A DNA stretch of 64,000 bases from Nannocystales bacterium. Lineage in GTDB: Bacteria; Myxococcota_A; Polyangia; Nannocystales; Nannocystaceae. Below the pieces are notes generated by a model. It did no database searches. It was not told where the DNA came from and worked only from the letters and a program-made list of their open reading frames with translations. Location: NCBI GenBank assembly GCA_050633305.1, contig JBOEGF010000001.1:128001-192000 (forward strand), given 5' to 3'. Shown here one piece after another: positions 44,842 through 54,752 of the stretch. Positions within the stretch are counted from its first letter, which is position 1. Each line of letters starts with the position of its first letter. A program made the translations under genes and the position numbers.

Positions 44842-45420
44842 ATGGCCGGCCCTCTTCAGATCGAACACCTCGAGCTTGCGCTCGACCCCGAGGCTCCGTT
44901 TCACCTCAACTTTGCACGGGCACAGGAAGAGATCTTGACCCTGCTGACGAATGCCGTGATGGCGGTGGCGATCCCCGCGGATGTGCCCGTGTCGGCGGAC
45001 GGATACAGCGCCCCAACCAGACAAGACGTCGAGCTGGCGGTCCGGGCCGTGTCGTTGTGCGGGCATGTCCACCTGCCGGGCACGCTGTCCGTGCTCGCGT
45101 ACGCGGCCCGGAGTCCGAGGCCGGGGCTGCGCCTGGCCGTCGCGGCAGCACTTGAGTTTCGAGCCGACGACCGACCCGAGCTCCTCGCGTCGCTTCTTGC
45201 CGACCGCAATGCGCGTGTCAAAGCGCGGGCGTTGTCCGTGCTGGCCCGCCGTCCCGTCCGGCGACGGGTCCGACACCTCGCGGCGCTCAAGCGGCTGCGC
45301 GTGGATCCTGACCCGCGGGTGCGGCGTCTCGCGTTGGGGGTCGGTCTGTTGAGGCGCCGGCCGCCGTCGATGTCACCGCGGCAGTACAAGCAGGTTCGCC
45401 CGCTTCAGCGGACGATGTAG
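44842..45420 (+). CDS. HEAT-repeat-like protein
   Basis: LLADRNARVKARALSVL and LRVDPDPRVRRLALGV. Overlaps the convergent gene by 16 nt. Confidence 0.55.
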   Translation: MAGPLQIEHLELALDPEAPFHLNFARAQEEILTLLTNAVMAVAIPADVPVSADGYSAPTRQDVELAVRAVSLCGHVHLPGTLSVLAYAARSPRPGLRLAVAAALEFRADDRPELLASLLADRNARVKARALSVLARRPVRRRVRHLAALKRLRVDPDPRVRRLALGVGLLRRRPPSMSPRQYKQVRPLQRTM

Positions 45421-46001
45421 CGGTTCCCCGTGAACCGCATCGACTCGGTGCAGTCGACGTCGTCAACCTCGGTGATGAACTCGTCGAGTCCTTCGAGTTC
45501 CACACGTCCGATGAGGCGCAGCATGATCGTGCCTTCGATGTCGTAGTCGCTGTCACCGACAGCGTCGATCGACCCTTCGGCCCGGGTCACCTGGAAGCCT
45601 GTCGTTGCGAACGAGGTCAGCCGGATGACTGCGCCGATGTCGAACGCGCCATCCGCATCCAGTGCTCCGACCGGGTTGGACGCCGCGAACTCAGACGCGA
45701 TGTCGACGATGCCGTCGGAGACCACCACGTCGAACGTCGTCTGAAACGTCGAGGGGTTCCCATTCCTGCCGAACGGAGCGCCTTGACACAGTGTGAGGCC
45801 CAACAACGCAGTGTTCACGTCCATGCACCCGCAGTCTTCGGCGGTCAGCTGGACCGCGTACACGCCGCTGGGCGCGACACCTTGGGCGTCTCCGACTTCG
45901 CTTGCCAGCGCGGAGACCGTCTCGGGATCGAGGGGTCCCGCGGGGTCTTCGCTGCACCCCGCCGACACACAAAGCGCGACGAGCAGAAGGCGCGCGGTCA
46001 C
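45405..46001 (-). CDS. Hypothetical lipoprotein
   Basis: GTG overlaps the pyrE TGA; lipobox SAGC. Confidence 0.65.
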   Translation of the reverse strand: MTARLLLVALCVSAGCSEDPAGPLDPETVSALASEVGDAQGVAPSGVYAVQLTAEDCGCMDVNTALLGLTLCQGAPFGRNGNPSTFQTTFDVVVSDGIVDIASEFAASNPVGALDADGAFDIGAVIRLTSFATTGFQVTRAEGSIDAVGDSDYDIEGTIMLRLIGRVELEGLDEFITEVDDVDCTESMRFTGNRYIVR

Positions 46002-46672
46002 GTCTCGGCCCCGCCGTGCTCGGCCAGGTACGCCTCGATAGCCGCTTTGCCCTGCTCGTTGAGGACGGTCGTCCCGCCGATCTCCCGACCCACCAGCCAT
46101 TCGACCATCGCCCGGACCGAGACGATCGGCAGCACTGCGATCCCCAGCTCATCGCGGAGCTCGGTGAGCGTGGAGCGGTCGGTCTTCCCTTTCTCTTGAC
46201 GGTCGACCGCCACGACGACCGCGGTGACCTGCACGTCTGCGGTCGACTTCAACAGCGCGACGGACTCGCGGATCGAACGGCCGGAGGTGATCACGTCGTC
46301 GACAACGACGACTCGCATCCCCGCTTCGGGTTGGGTGCCCACGAAGGTGCCCCCCTCGCCATGGTCCTTGGCTTCTTTGCGGTCGAACGAGAACCCAACA
46401 TCACGGCCATCACCCGCGAGTGCCATCGCGGTGGAGACCGCCAGCGGGACACCTTTGTACGAGGGACCAAAGACCAGGTCGCAGGCGACGTCGTTGGCTT
46501 TGAGCTGCGCAGCGTAGGCCTGGCCGAGGCGGGTGATGGCATCCCCCGTCCGCAGCTGTCCGGCATTGACGAAGTACGGTGAGGTCCGCCCCGACTTGAG
46601 GGTGAAGGACCCAAAGCGGATCACCTCGTACTGGACCAGAAGCTCGACGAATGCGGCCTGAAACGCCTCCAC
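45998..46672 (-). CDS. pyrE: Orotate phosphoribosyltransferase
   Basis: FGSFTLKSGRTSPYF, FGPSYKGVP, DRKEAKDHGEGG and VVVVDDVITSG (PRPP loop). Confidence 0.96.
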   Translation of the reverse strand: MEAFQAAFVELLVQYEVIRFGSFTLKSGRTSPYFVNAGQLRTGDAITRLGQAYAAQLKANDVACDLVFGPSYKGVPLAVSTAMALAGDGRDVGFSFDRKEAKDHGEGGTFVGTQPEAGMRVVVVDDVITSGRSIRESVALLKSTADVQVTAVVVAVDRQEKGKTDRSTLTELRDELGIAVLPIVSVRAMVEWLVGREIGGTTVLNEQGKAAIEAYLAEHGGAET

Positions 46673-46685
46673 GTCCGCGAGGGTA

Positions 46686-48101
46686 TCAGCCCCTCGATGG
46701 CGGCGTCTTCGGGAGCTCGATCACCATGCGCGCGCCCGATGCTCCGTCGATCCGGCTACGGGCCTGGAGGTCGCCGCCGTGCGCCCGAGCGATCTGCCGG
46801 GAAAGATAGAGCCCCAACCCTACGCCGCCTTGGTCCCGGCTGCGCGCTTCGTCCAACCGGCGGAAGGGCTCGAAGACCACCTCGCGGTCGTCGGGGGCGA
46901 TGCCCCGCCCCTCGTCTTCCACCGCGATGACGTAGCCCTGCGTATTCGTCGACACCTCGATGGTCAGCGCACCGTCTGGGCAGGCGCGCCGGGCGTTGCT
47001 CAGCAGGTTGCTCAACAGACGCTCCAACAGCATCCGGTCGCCCTGAATCGTCGGCGACGGTGTCGAGGTGACGGTGGCTGAGAACCGGTCCGCCATGTGT
47101 TCGGACAGTTCATCGAGGCGGACAGGGCTGACCTCGAGCGCACCGCCCGCGACGGATAGGTCGAGACGGCCCGAGGTCAGCAGGTCTCCGATGAGGGACT
47201 CGAGTTCCTGCGCGTCCCGGCCGATGTCGCTCAGACCCTTGCGCAGTCGCTCGATGTGCTTCGATGCGTCGGGGTCGGTGCCGCCTTTGTCGATCTGGTC
47301 GACCCGTCCTTCGAGGATCTCCAGGACGACCCGTACCCGGGCGATCGGGGTACGAAGCTCGTGCGACACGTTGGCCAACAGCACCCGCTGACCTCGGATC
47401 AAGGCCTCGAGTTTGTCCGCCATGCCGTTGAAGGACAGCGCGAGCTCGTCGAGTTCGTCAGCCGGCGCGCCCTGGGGGGTGACGACGCGGTGGGAGAGTT
47501 CTCCGCCTGCGATTCTCAGGGCGCTCGCCTCCACCCGGCCAAGCCGGGAGGTCAGAGAGCGCGACAGGGAGCGGGCCCCCAGGCCCAGCAGCAGCAGCAT
47601 CGCGAGCGCCGAGACGGTCAGTGCAATTCCCCGGGGCGGGTCGTTCGGGCGGACCGAGACGATCCCGACTGTGCGGCCGCTGTCGGGGTCCATCAGTGGA
47701 AACAGAATGAAGTTGCGGTTCTTCCCGCGGTGTAGGACCAGCGTCCGCCCCTGTCGGAGGGCTTTGGCGTGTCGTCGTGGATGCCGGGGTGGGGGGCCGT
47801 CGTCATGCCCCCGGTGGCGGGTCAGCGGTCGCCCTTTGGGGTCGGTGATACGGACCCGTGTCCCGAGCGTCTCGCCCATGGCCTCGACCGTCGTCTCCAG
47901 CCGCTCGGGATCTCGCAGTGCCTGAACGAGGCCGTCGTTCTTCTCCTCGAGGAGTTCGAGCGCCTGCCCGACCCATCGTTCGGACCGCTCCTGCAGGATG
48001 AACCACGTCGCGGTGACGCCCACAGCAGTCCCCGCGAGCACGGTGATGACCACCGTCGCGTAGATCCGCCAGAACAGGCTCGAGCGTCGCCGTTGCTTCA
48101 T
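46686..48101 (-). CDS. HAMP-domain sensor histidine kinase
   Basis: Two TMs; HAMP (DELDELALSFNGMA); H-box SHELRTP; NLLSNA, VEDEGRG, FEPFRR, GVGLGL. Confidence 0.93.
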   Translation of the reverse strand: MKQRRRSSLFWRIYATVVITVLAGTAVGVTATWFILQERSERWVGQALELLEEKNDGLVQALRDPERLETTVEAMGETLGTRVRITDPKGRPLTRHRGHDDGPPPRHPRRHAKALRQGRTLVLHRGKNRNFILFPLMDPDSGRTVGIVSVRPNDPPRGIALTVSALAMLLLLGLGARSLSRSLTSRLGRVEASALRIAGGELSHRVVTPQGAPADELDELALSFNGMADKLEALIRGQRVLLANVSHELRTPIARVRVVLEILEGRVDQIDKGGTDPDASKHIERLRKGLSDIGRDAQELESLIGDLLTSGRLDLSVAGGALEVSPVRLDELSEHMADRFSATVTSTPSPTIQGDRMLLERLLSNLLSNARRACPDGALTIEVSTNTQGYVIAVEDEGRGIAPDDREVVFEPFRRLDEARSRDQGGVGLGLYLSRQIARAHGGDLQARSRIDGASGARMVIELPKTPPSRG

Positions 48102-48817
48102 CGGTCTGGTCCCAGGACGTACCCGACGCCGCGCACCGTCTCGATGAGGTCCTTGCCGTCGGGATGGGCCGTGCCCAGTGCTCCGCGAATCTTACTGAGG
48201 TGCACGTCGATCGAGCGGTCCACGCTGGGGTCGAACTCGACCGGCGGGTCGCCCCGCAGCTCACGAACTCGGTTGTTGAGGTCGCCGCGTTCGAGAACTT
48301 TGCCGACGTTGCAGGCCAGGACCCACAACAGGTCGAACTGGTACGCGGTCAGTTCGACACGCTCCCCGTGCAGCTCCGCGACCCGCCGCTCGCGGTCGAT
48401 CGTCAGCGGGCCAGCCTCTGCCGTGGAGACCGACTCGGCGACGGCAGCCGCGGGGGTGGCCGTGTGGCGTCGTAGGACGGCCCGGATCCGGGCGAGGAGT
48501 TCGCGGGGGCTGAACGGCTTGGGGACGTAGTCGTCGGCGCCGAGTTCCAGGCCGACCACCCGGTCGACTTCGTCCCCCTTGGCCGTGAGCATGATGACCG
48601 GAACCCCGGACTGGGCCCGCAGTTGCTTGCACACCGCGATCCCGTCCAACCCGGGAAGCATCAGGTCGAGCAGCACGATGTCGTGCTCGCCGGCCAGGGC
48701 GCGTTCCAGCCCTGCGGCCCCGTCGCCCACGACCTCGACCTCCGCTTCCTGGTCCCGCAGGTATTCGGCGGTCACCTCGGCCAGGCGCTCATCGTCCTCG
48801 ATCAGCAAGATTCGCAC
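48098..48817 (-). CDS. OmpR-family response regulator
   Basis: RILLIEDD, LLDLMLPG, LTAKG, GADDYVPKPF, RSIDVHLSKIR, IETVRGVGY. Coupled to the kinase by an ATGA overlap. Confidence 0.93.
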   Translation of the reverse strand: MRILLIEDDERLAEVTAEYLRDQEAEVEVVGDGAAGLERALAGEHDIVLLDLMLPGLDGIAVCKQLRAQSGVPVIMLTAKGDEVDRVVGLELGADDYVPKPFSPRELLARIRAVLRRHTATPAAAVAESVSTAEAGPLTIDRERRVAELHGERVELTAYQFDLLWVLACNVGKVLERGDLNNRVRELRGDPPVEFDPSVDRSIDVHLSKIRGALGTAHPDGKDLIETVRGVGYVLGPDR

Positions 48818-48962
48818 GTGAGAAGTGTGCCACCTCGGTGGCGCGGACACCGTAAAGGCGCGGTGAAGGGGCGATGAACGTGCAGTTGCTGCACGAACGA
48901 AGGGGGTGCGGGCGCTGCCGCAGCTTGACACCGGTTTGGGGAGCGGATAGGCCCACATCACC

Positions 48963-49175
48963 GTGGCGTATCTGTGCAGCCAGTGTCACACCCGCATCGA
49001 GGGTGGGGGCGAATCCAAAGACGAACGGCCGCACCGCTGCCCGCAGTGCGGTGCGGAGGCGGGTTTGGAAAAAGAGAAGGGCATCCCTCCGGCGATGCGC
49101 TACTTCGGATTCGTGGTCGTGGGTGCTGCGGTCGCCGCGGTGAGCGGCGGGATCATCAGTCGAGTTGCGGGCTGA
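48963..49175 (+). CDS. Small zinc-ribbon protein with C-terminal TM helix
   Basis: CSQC...CPQC followed by a hydrophobic segment. Confidence 0.65.
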   Translation: MAYLCSQCHTRIEGGGESKDERPHRCPQCGAEAGLEKEKGIPPAMRYFGFVVVGAAVAAVSGGIISRVAG

Positions 49176-49283
49176 CCGCACGTGCACGCCCGGCACGCCA
49201 GCCGAGTTCGCATGAGAGCACCGGGCGCGTTCGTCAGGTGTTCTGGGCGGCGAGGACGGTTGTGCTAACTTCGCTTTCAGGCC

Positions 49284-51788
49284 TTGTTCGTACGCTGTTC
49301 AAACTGCCAGACCCAGTTCTCGCTCGACGATCGGCAGGTCGGCTCCGATGGCGTTGCGGTCCGCTGTGCGGTGTGCCGCTACGTGTTTCGGGTGGAACCG
49401 CCGGACGGTAGCTCCGCCCAAGCGTGGCGCGTGGAGACCGTCGACGGCGACCTCTTCGAAGCTGAAGACATTCCGACGATGAGAGTGTGGATCCGCGAAG
49501 GGCGGCTTCACCCGGACGACACCATCTCTCGGACCGGCAAGCACTGGATTCGACTGGGGGACATGCCGGAGTTCTCGGACGCGTTCGCCGGGTTCCCGGA
49601 CCTTCCCGTTGTCCTCGGAGCCCCCGAGGCCGCGCCGATCGAGAGCGAAGAGCTTTCCTCGGTCGGTCCGCCACCGTCCTACGCGGGCGACGACATCCCC
49701 ACCGCGGGCTCCGACGTGGTCCAGCCCATGGAGCGGGACCACTCCGAGCGCCTCGACATGTCGGGGTTGTTCCAGAGCGCCGACTTCGATCGAGACTCGG
49801 CTGATGAACCCGACGACACGACCGTCCGTGGGCGCGTCAACGGTCCCAGCGAAGACACGGTCTCCGTTTCGCCCGGAGTCGTGTCTCGAACCTCGCTCTA
49901 CGAGGATTCGGCGTCGATGGTCCTCGATGACCTCGTTGTCCCCGAGCCCGAACCCGAACCCGAGTTCAGAACCGAGCCGGTGTTCGAGCCGGTCCCGGTC
50001 CCCGGCGCATCGCGGCGGAAGCCCAAGCACCAGACGACGAAAGTCCGGATCGTCGCGGGACTCGACAGTGCGGATCCCGAGGCCAGCGGGGTTCTGCGAA
50101 TCCTCGACGAGAGCGAGGAACCAGAGGTCGACGCGGTCCAACCAGCCGTGGATTCGAGCGCCGAGCCCAGCGGCGAGACCAGTGGCGAGACCAGACGCCC
50201 CAAGATCTCGGGCTCGATGCTGGGGGCGGTGACGGCCCATGTGAAGAGCGAGCCGGTCAAGGCGATTACCGGTCCGCTGTCGTCGGTCGAAGGCGAACCA
50301 GAGCCGGATGTCCCGGTCGTGACGCCGCCCGCCCCGTCGGCGCCGGTGTCGTCCGAGCTAGCTCTCGACAGCGTCGTTGTCCCCGAGCCGCAGCCCCCAC
50401 GTCGTTCGTCGTGGCCGCTGTTTGCCGGGCTTGGGCTGTTGTGTGGCGCCGCGGTGGTGTTCGGGATCCCTCAGGTGCGCGAGCGCGTGCTCGGTACAAG
50501 CGGTGCTGCGAGTGCGCCGGACTCCGATCCTCAGCCCGTCGCGCTCGCCCAGGTCGACGCTGCCGTGAGTGACGGGACTCTGCGCGAACTCGACATCGCC
50601 ATCGCGTCCGCGCAGCAGGCGGGGACTGAAGAGGGGTTGTCTGCGTCCGCGCGGGCGGATGTCGCGCTTGCGGGCGCCGAGGCTCGAGCCGCGCAGGCGG
50701 TGGCGCTTCGGTTGCAGGCGGTTCATGGAGCCGACGGCAGTGATGCCGCCTCCCGAGCCGACGACGCTGCGGATGCAGCGGCCCAGGCCTTCGCCGATGT
50801 CGACGTCGACCAAGCAGACCCGACGCGGCTCGCCCGGACTCGTGCTCGGGTTCGACTGGCTCAAGGACGACCCACCGACGAAGTGCTCCCACACGTGCCC
50901 GGCGATGCGGTCGAGCTGCGGGCCATGGTCATGGGCGCGCAGTTGTGGGCGGATGCGAATGCGCGTGTTCCATCGGGGCTGATCAGTGCTCTCAGTGGGC
51001 TGGAGAACCCCTCGGTTCCGGCGCAGGTCCTGCTCGCGACCGCCTACGCACGCGGAGGCGACAACGTGGGCGCAGCACAGGTCCGCACTGCCCTTGAGAC
51101 CCGGGCCGCCGATGATCCCACCGTGCAGGCGCTGCTCGTCGCACACGGTGGCCCGGCGGTTGTCGCCAAGACCCCCACGGAGTCCGACTCTGGCGTTGCC
51201 GAGACTCCGGCTGAGACCGGCGCACCCGCGGATGGTGACTCGGGCGAGGCTCCGTCCGAGTCCGGCGAGCCCGACGAAACGATCATCATCAAGGATGGGC
51301 CCAAGGGGGTCTCCGTCGACAAGTTGATCGAGCGGGGATGCGAGAAGGTCGAAGGCGGGGACGTGAACGGCGGGCTCAAGCTGCTGCTGCGCGCGTTTGA
51401 CCGTCGGCCCAACGACATCGACGTCCTGGTCTGTCTGGGCACAGCAAACCGCAAGAAGGGCATCTCGACGACCGCGCTGCGGTACTTCGAAAAAGCCCTG
51501 GCTCGCTCGCCTAGGTTCATGCCGGCGTTGCTTGGCGCGGCCCGAGCAGCGACGAAGCTCGGCGAGAAGGACAAGGCGCTGAGGTTCTACAAGCGAGTGC
51601 TCGGCGTCTCTCCGAGCCACGCCGAAGCCAAGAGTTTCGTGGCAAAACAGAACGCGGCGGGGAAGAAACCATCTCCCCCCTCCGACTCCAAGAAGCCCGA
51701 GCCCTCGGGCGGGGGCGACACGCCCAAGAAGAAACCCGAGCCCCCGTCGGGTGATCGCAAACCCGAACCCCCGTCGCCCGCACCATGA
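49284..51788 (+). CDS. MJ0042-type zinc ribbon + GYF_2 + TM + TPR protein (AgmX/GltJ-like N-terminal architecture)
   Basis: CSNC...VRCAVC.YVF zinc ribbon; W..EGRL.PDD.ISR.GK.W..LG..PEF GYF_2; acidic/Pro linker; TM (WPLFAGLGLL...); C-terminal TPRs. TTG start. Confidence 0.75.
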   Translation: MFVRCSNCQTQFSLDDRQVGSDGVAVRCAVCRYVFRVEPPDGSSAQAWRVETVDGDLFEAEDIPTMRVWIREGRLHPDDTISRTGKHWIRLGDMPEFSDAFAGFPDLPVVLGAPEAAPIESEELSSVGPPPSYAGDDIPTAGSDVVQPMERDHSERLDMSGLFQSADFDRDSADEPDDTTVRGRVNGPSEDTVSVSPGVVSRTSLYEDSASMVLDDLVVPEPEPEPEFRTEPVFEPVPVPGASRRKPKHQTTKVRIVAGLDSADPEASGVLRILDESEEPEVDAVQPAVDSSAEPSGETSGETRRPKISGSMLGAVTAHVKSEPVKAITGPLSSVEGEPEPDVPVVTPPAPSAPVSSELALDSVVVPEPQPPRRSSWPLFAGLGLLCGAAVVFGIPQVRERVLGTSGAASAPDSDPQPVALAQVDAAVSDGTLRELDIAIASAQQAGTEEGLSASARADVALAGAEARAAQAVALRLQAVHGADGSDAASRADDAADAAAQAFADVDVDQADPTRLARTRARVRLAQGRPTDEVLPHVPGDAVELRAMVMGAQLWADANARVPSGLISALSGLENPSVPAQVLLATAYARGGDNVGAAQVRTALETRAADDPTVQALLVAHGGPAVVAKTPTESDSGVAETPAETGAPADGDSGEAPSESGEPDETIIIKDGPKGVSVDKLIERGCEKVEGGDVNGGLKLLLRAFDRRPNDIDVLVCLGTANRKKGISTTALRYFEKALARSPRFMPALLGAARAATKLGEKDKALRFYKRVLGVSPSHAEAKSFVAKQNAAGKKPSPPSDSKKPEPSGGGDTPKKKPEPPSGDRKPEPPSPAP

Positions 51789-52069
51789 GCAACGCATCCG
51801 ACGTCACCCGCGAAGAGATCGTGGCGCTTCGCGCCCAGCGCCAAGCCGACGGAGACTCGTTGATGGGCGAGGAGCGGGAGCGACAGCGGACCCTTCACTG
51901 GATGCGCTGCTGCAAGTGCGGCTCGGAGATGGACGAAATCGTCTTTCGCGGCGTACGGGTCGACAAGTGTCTGCGGTGTGGTGGGATCTATCTCGACGAC
52001 GGCGAGCTGGAGCAGCTTGTCGGCAAGCCGGGTTGGATCGAAGCGTTGCGCTCGTTCTTCGGGAGCTAG
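51785..52069 (+). CDS. zf-TFIIB domain protein
   Basis: MRCCKCGSEM...VDKCLRCGGIYLDDGELE; ATGA overlap. Confidence 0.8.
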   Translation: MSNASDVTREEIVALRAQRQADGDSLMGEERERQRTLHWMRCCKCGSEMDEIVFRGVRVDKCLRCGGIYLDDGELEQLVGKPGWIEALRSFFGS

Positions 52070-52223
52070 AGCGGCGGTCCGTTTGAAGTCGGCCTGCAAC
52101 GCACGCCACAGAGCACGTCTGGCTGCGTGACTCGGCGCTCGACCCAAGTCCGCCTTCGGCCTCCCGCCTTGCCAAAAGCGCCCAGCGACTCACTCTGCAG
52201 GCCGTTCTGAACGATCGCCGCTC
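52069..52223. repeat. Long imperfect palindrome between convergent genes (MITE/REP-like or ncRNA)
   Basis: Nested arms gagcggcggtc/gatcgccgctc, cgtttgaa/ttctgaacg and cggcctgca/tgcaggccg. Confidence 0.5.
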
Positions 52224-52233
52224 GAGCGCCCGA

Positions 52234-53889
52234 CTACGCGTCGACGTCTGCGGCGGAGGTCTTCAGCAGGGCCGCGAGGCGGGGGGCATCGAGGTCGGCC
52301 AGGTCGGCTCCGAGGTCGACTTCGACGCCCGCGTCCCAGTAGCGGGCCTTTGCGCCCGTGAAGGGTTGCAGCGCGTCGAGTTGCGCGTCGTCGACCTCTT
52401 CGAGACGACGAATGTCGCCGACCGCCCGGTGGGTCAGCGCCAGCTCATGCGCAGGACGAGGCCCGCCGCCTCCCGAGCTTGGCGTCAGCTCCAGCACTGG
52501 GCGACCGCGGCCGATGATGCCGACCTGGAACGAAACCTGCCAGCCGCCCCCGCGTCGGGGTCGCGCGCGGAGCTTGAGTGCCGCGTCGCCCAGGTCACCG
52601 CGCACCGACACAGCGGTGCCCTCAATCGTCACTGGGGCCGGGAGATCGAGGAGATCGGCGGTGTCTCGAAGGATGTCCTCGATGGGCACGTCCGATGTCG
52701 ATGCCTCGAGGCCCTCGCTCGAGGAGGACCGAAGCAGCGTGTGCACCACGAGCAGCAGCGCGGCGCAGGCCATGAGGGCGAGTTGTGGGTTCGAGACGCC
52801 GATCCCGGTGACTGCGTAGAGCCCCAATGCGAGCCCGCGCAATCGTTCATCCCACGAGAGCAGGCCGCCGTAGACGACCGACAACATGAAGAACACCGCA
52901 ACGCAGACCATCACGACCCGCCACGAGGCGACGAAGGTCGGGTAGGGCAGGGAGAAGCCGAACAGGGATTGGGCGATGCCGCCGACGCCGTCTTCGAGCT
53001 TCCCGAACCCGAGCGGATGCACGTAGACCATGTACAGCAGAGCGGTGACGAACGCGGAGAGCGCGATGACGACGAACCGAACCGGCCGTGGCATCTGCGG
53101 CCGGAACGCCCAGAAGGCGACCGCGGATGCGACGACCACTGCGCCCATCACCGCAGTCCGGGCCGCATCCGGGATCGGCGAGCCCGTGAGGCTGGCAGGG
53201 AGGCCGACCGCGACGCGTAGCAACAAAGGCACCATCACCGCGATCGCGAGGATGCGAGCCATCCGCTGGCGGTCATCGTGTTGGGCCCAGGTGCCGACCA
53301 GCGCGATGGCCGGTGCCGTGAGAGCGAGCGCCATCGCGATCTGCAAAGCGAGAGCCGGGATGCGAATCCCGACGCCTGGCTGCTCGAGGACGTGAATCGA
53401 GAAGAGTCCGATTCCGCCGAGGAGCGCGGGGATGCCGACCACCCACCGACGAGCGCCGAGGTCTTCGTCCCGAGACCAACCCCAGCCCAGCGACACGCAC
53501 GCCGCTGCACACAGGAACGTGATGAAGTGATGCAGGATGAACTCGCCGTGGTAGGCGAGGCCCAAGCGTGTTGTCTTGGTGATCAGCGCGATGAGGAGCG
53601 AGAGCTCCAGGGTGAGGAACGCGATCGATGCGACGAGCGGGCGCTTGCGGAGGCCCCACAACACGCCGGTCGCGACGGTCGTTCCGAGCGCGCCGATCAG
53701 GTACAGCCGGGAGCCCTCGTCCGCCGCGCGCTGAATGGCTTCGAGCGGCGCGAGGCCCAGGAGCAGCGTCGCCAAGACCTGGAACGCCGCGGCGACCAGG
53801 GCGAAGCCGACGAAGGTCGCAGCGGGAGCGAGTCGCGGGTGCGGCACAGGCTCCTGACGATCTAGCATCGCGAACGGCTGTGCGCGCAT
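52234..53889 (-). CDS. Hypothetical polytopic membrane protein
   Basis: About a dozen hydrophobic segments plus a soluble C-terminal domain. Start at 53889 or 53868. Confidence 0.7.
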   Translation of the reverse strand: MRAQPFAMLDRQEPVPHPRLAPAATFVGFALVAAAFQVLATLLLGLAPLEAIQRAADEGSRLYLIGALGTTVATGVLWGLRKRPLVASIAFLTLELSLLIALITKTTRLGLAYHGEFILHHFITFLCAAACVSLGWGWSRDEDLGARRWVVGIPALLGGIGLFSIHVLEQPGVGIRIPALALQIAMALALTAPAIALVGTWAQHDDRQRMARILAIAVMVPLLLRVAVGLPASLTGSPIPDAARTAVMGAVVVASAVAFWAFRPQMPRPVRFVVIALSAFVTALLYMVYVHPLGFGKLEDGVGGIAQSLFGFSLPYPTFVASWRVVMVCVAVFFMLSVVYGGLLSWDERLRGLALGLYAVTGIGVSNPQLALMACAALLLVVHTLLRSSSSEGLEASTSDVPIEDILRDTADLLDLPAPVTIEGTAVSVRGDLGDAALKLRARPRRGGGWQVSFQVGIIGRGRPVLELTPSSGGGGPRPAHELALTHRAVGDIRRLEEVDDAQLDALQPFTGAKARYWDAGVEVDLGADLADLDAPRLAALLKTSAADVDA

Positions 53890-53950
53890 CGCCAGACCCT
53901 GTTTGCGGATAATTTCCTCGGTTCCGGGTCGGTGTCCTACATGTATGGGT

Positions 53951-54733
53951 ATGTGGAACCGGCGCGGTTTTTTGGGCGGACTGGCGGCGGCGACGGTCTC
54001 GGGGACGGCGTGGGCCGGTCCTCGTCCGGTTGTGCGGCGTGACTTCGTCCTGTGTCTCGATGCGGGCCACGGTGGCGACAACGACGGATGTCGGTCTCGC
54101 GACGGGGTGTTGGAGAAGGATGTCACCCTTCAAACCGTGCTCGCGCTTCGGGCAGCGGTGCTCGACCGACTGCCGCATGTTCAGGTGGTCCTGACCCGCG
54201 AGACGGATCGCTCCTGCACGCTGGCGGATCGCGTCGCGTTTGCGAACAGCGCGAAAGCGGACGCGTTCCTGAGCGTCCACACCAACGCTTCAGAGTCCCG
54301 CGCACAGCACGGGTTCGAGACGTACGTCCTCGATGCCCGGGCCAGCTCGCTCGAAGCTGCTCGTACGGCCCGTCGTGAGAACGACGAGGGGCTCGCGGAG
54401 CCGGGCACAGCGAAGTCGGGCGCCGAGGTCGACACGATGCTTCGCCAGCTCGAGATGGCCCAGCAGCGGGTCTCGGCTGGGCGCTTGGCCAAGGCGATTC
54501 AGGGGCATCAACAGCACGCGTTCCCAGATCGGCTCGATCGCGGGGTTCGTCAGGCTCCGTTTGACGTCTTGATGGGAGCCCGCATGCCTGCGGTGCTCTT
54601 CGAGTCGGGTTTCCTCGATCACGCGGAGGAAGGCGCCCTGCTGATGAGCGACGCGGGCATGACCCGTGTGGTCTCCAGCTTGACTGACGCGGTCGTCGAC
54701 TTCTACCGTCTACAAGCCCGCACGGGCTCGTAG
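53951..54733 (+). CDS. N-acetylmuramoyl-L-alanine amidase (Amidase_3) with Tat signal
   Basis: NRRGFL twin-arginine motif; LDAGHGG, EKDVTL, LSVHTNA, PAVLFESGF zinc/catalytic motifs. Confidence 0.9.
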   Translation: MWNRRGFLGGLAAATVSGTAWAGPRPVVRRDFVLCLDAGHGGDNDGCRSRDGVLEKDVTLQTVLALRAAVLDRLPHVQVVLTRETDRSCTLADRVAFANSAKADAFLSVHTNASESRAQHGFETYVLDARASSLEAARTARRENDEGLAEPGTAKSGAEVDTMLRQLEMAQQRVSAGRLAKAIQGHQQHAFPDRLDRGVRQAPFDVLMGARMPAVLFESGFLDHAEEGALLMSDAGMTRVVSSLTDAVVDFYRLQARTGS

Positions 54734-54752
54734 AGCGCCGCGGGGCGTGCGG

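Noticed and set aside
49941..49963. Short tandem repeats (EPEPEP, and S/T-rich tracts elsewhere)
   Set aside because: Low-complexity protein linkers with degenerate codons, not phase-variable tracts.
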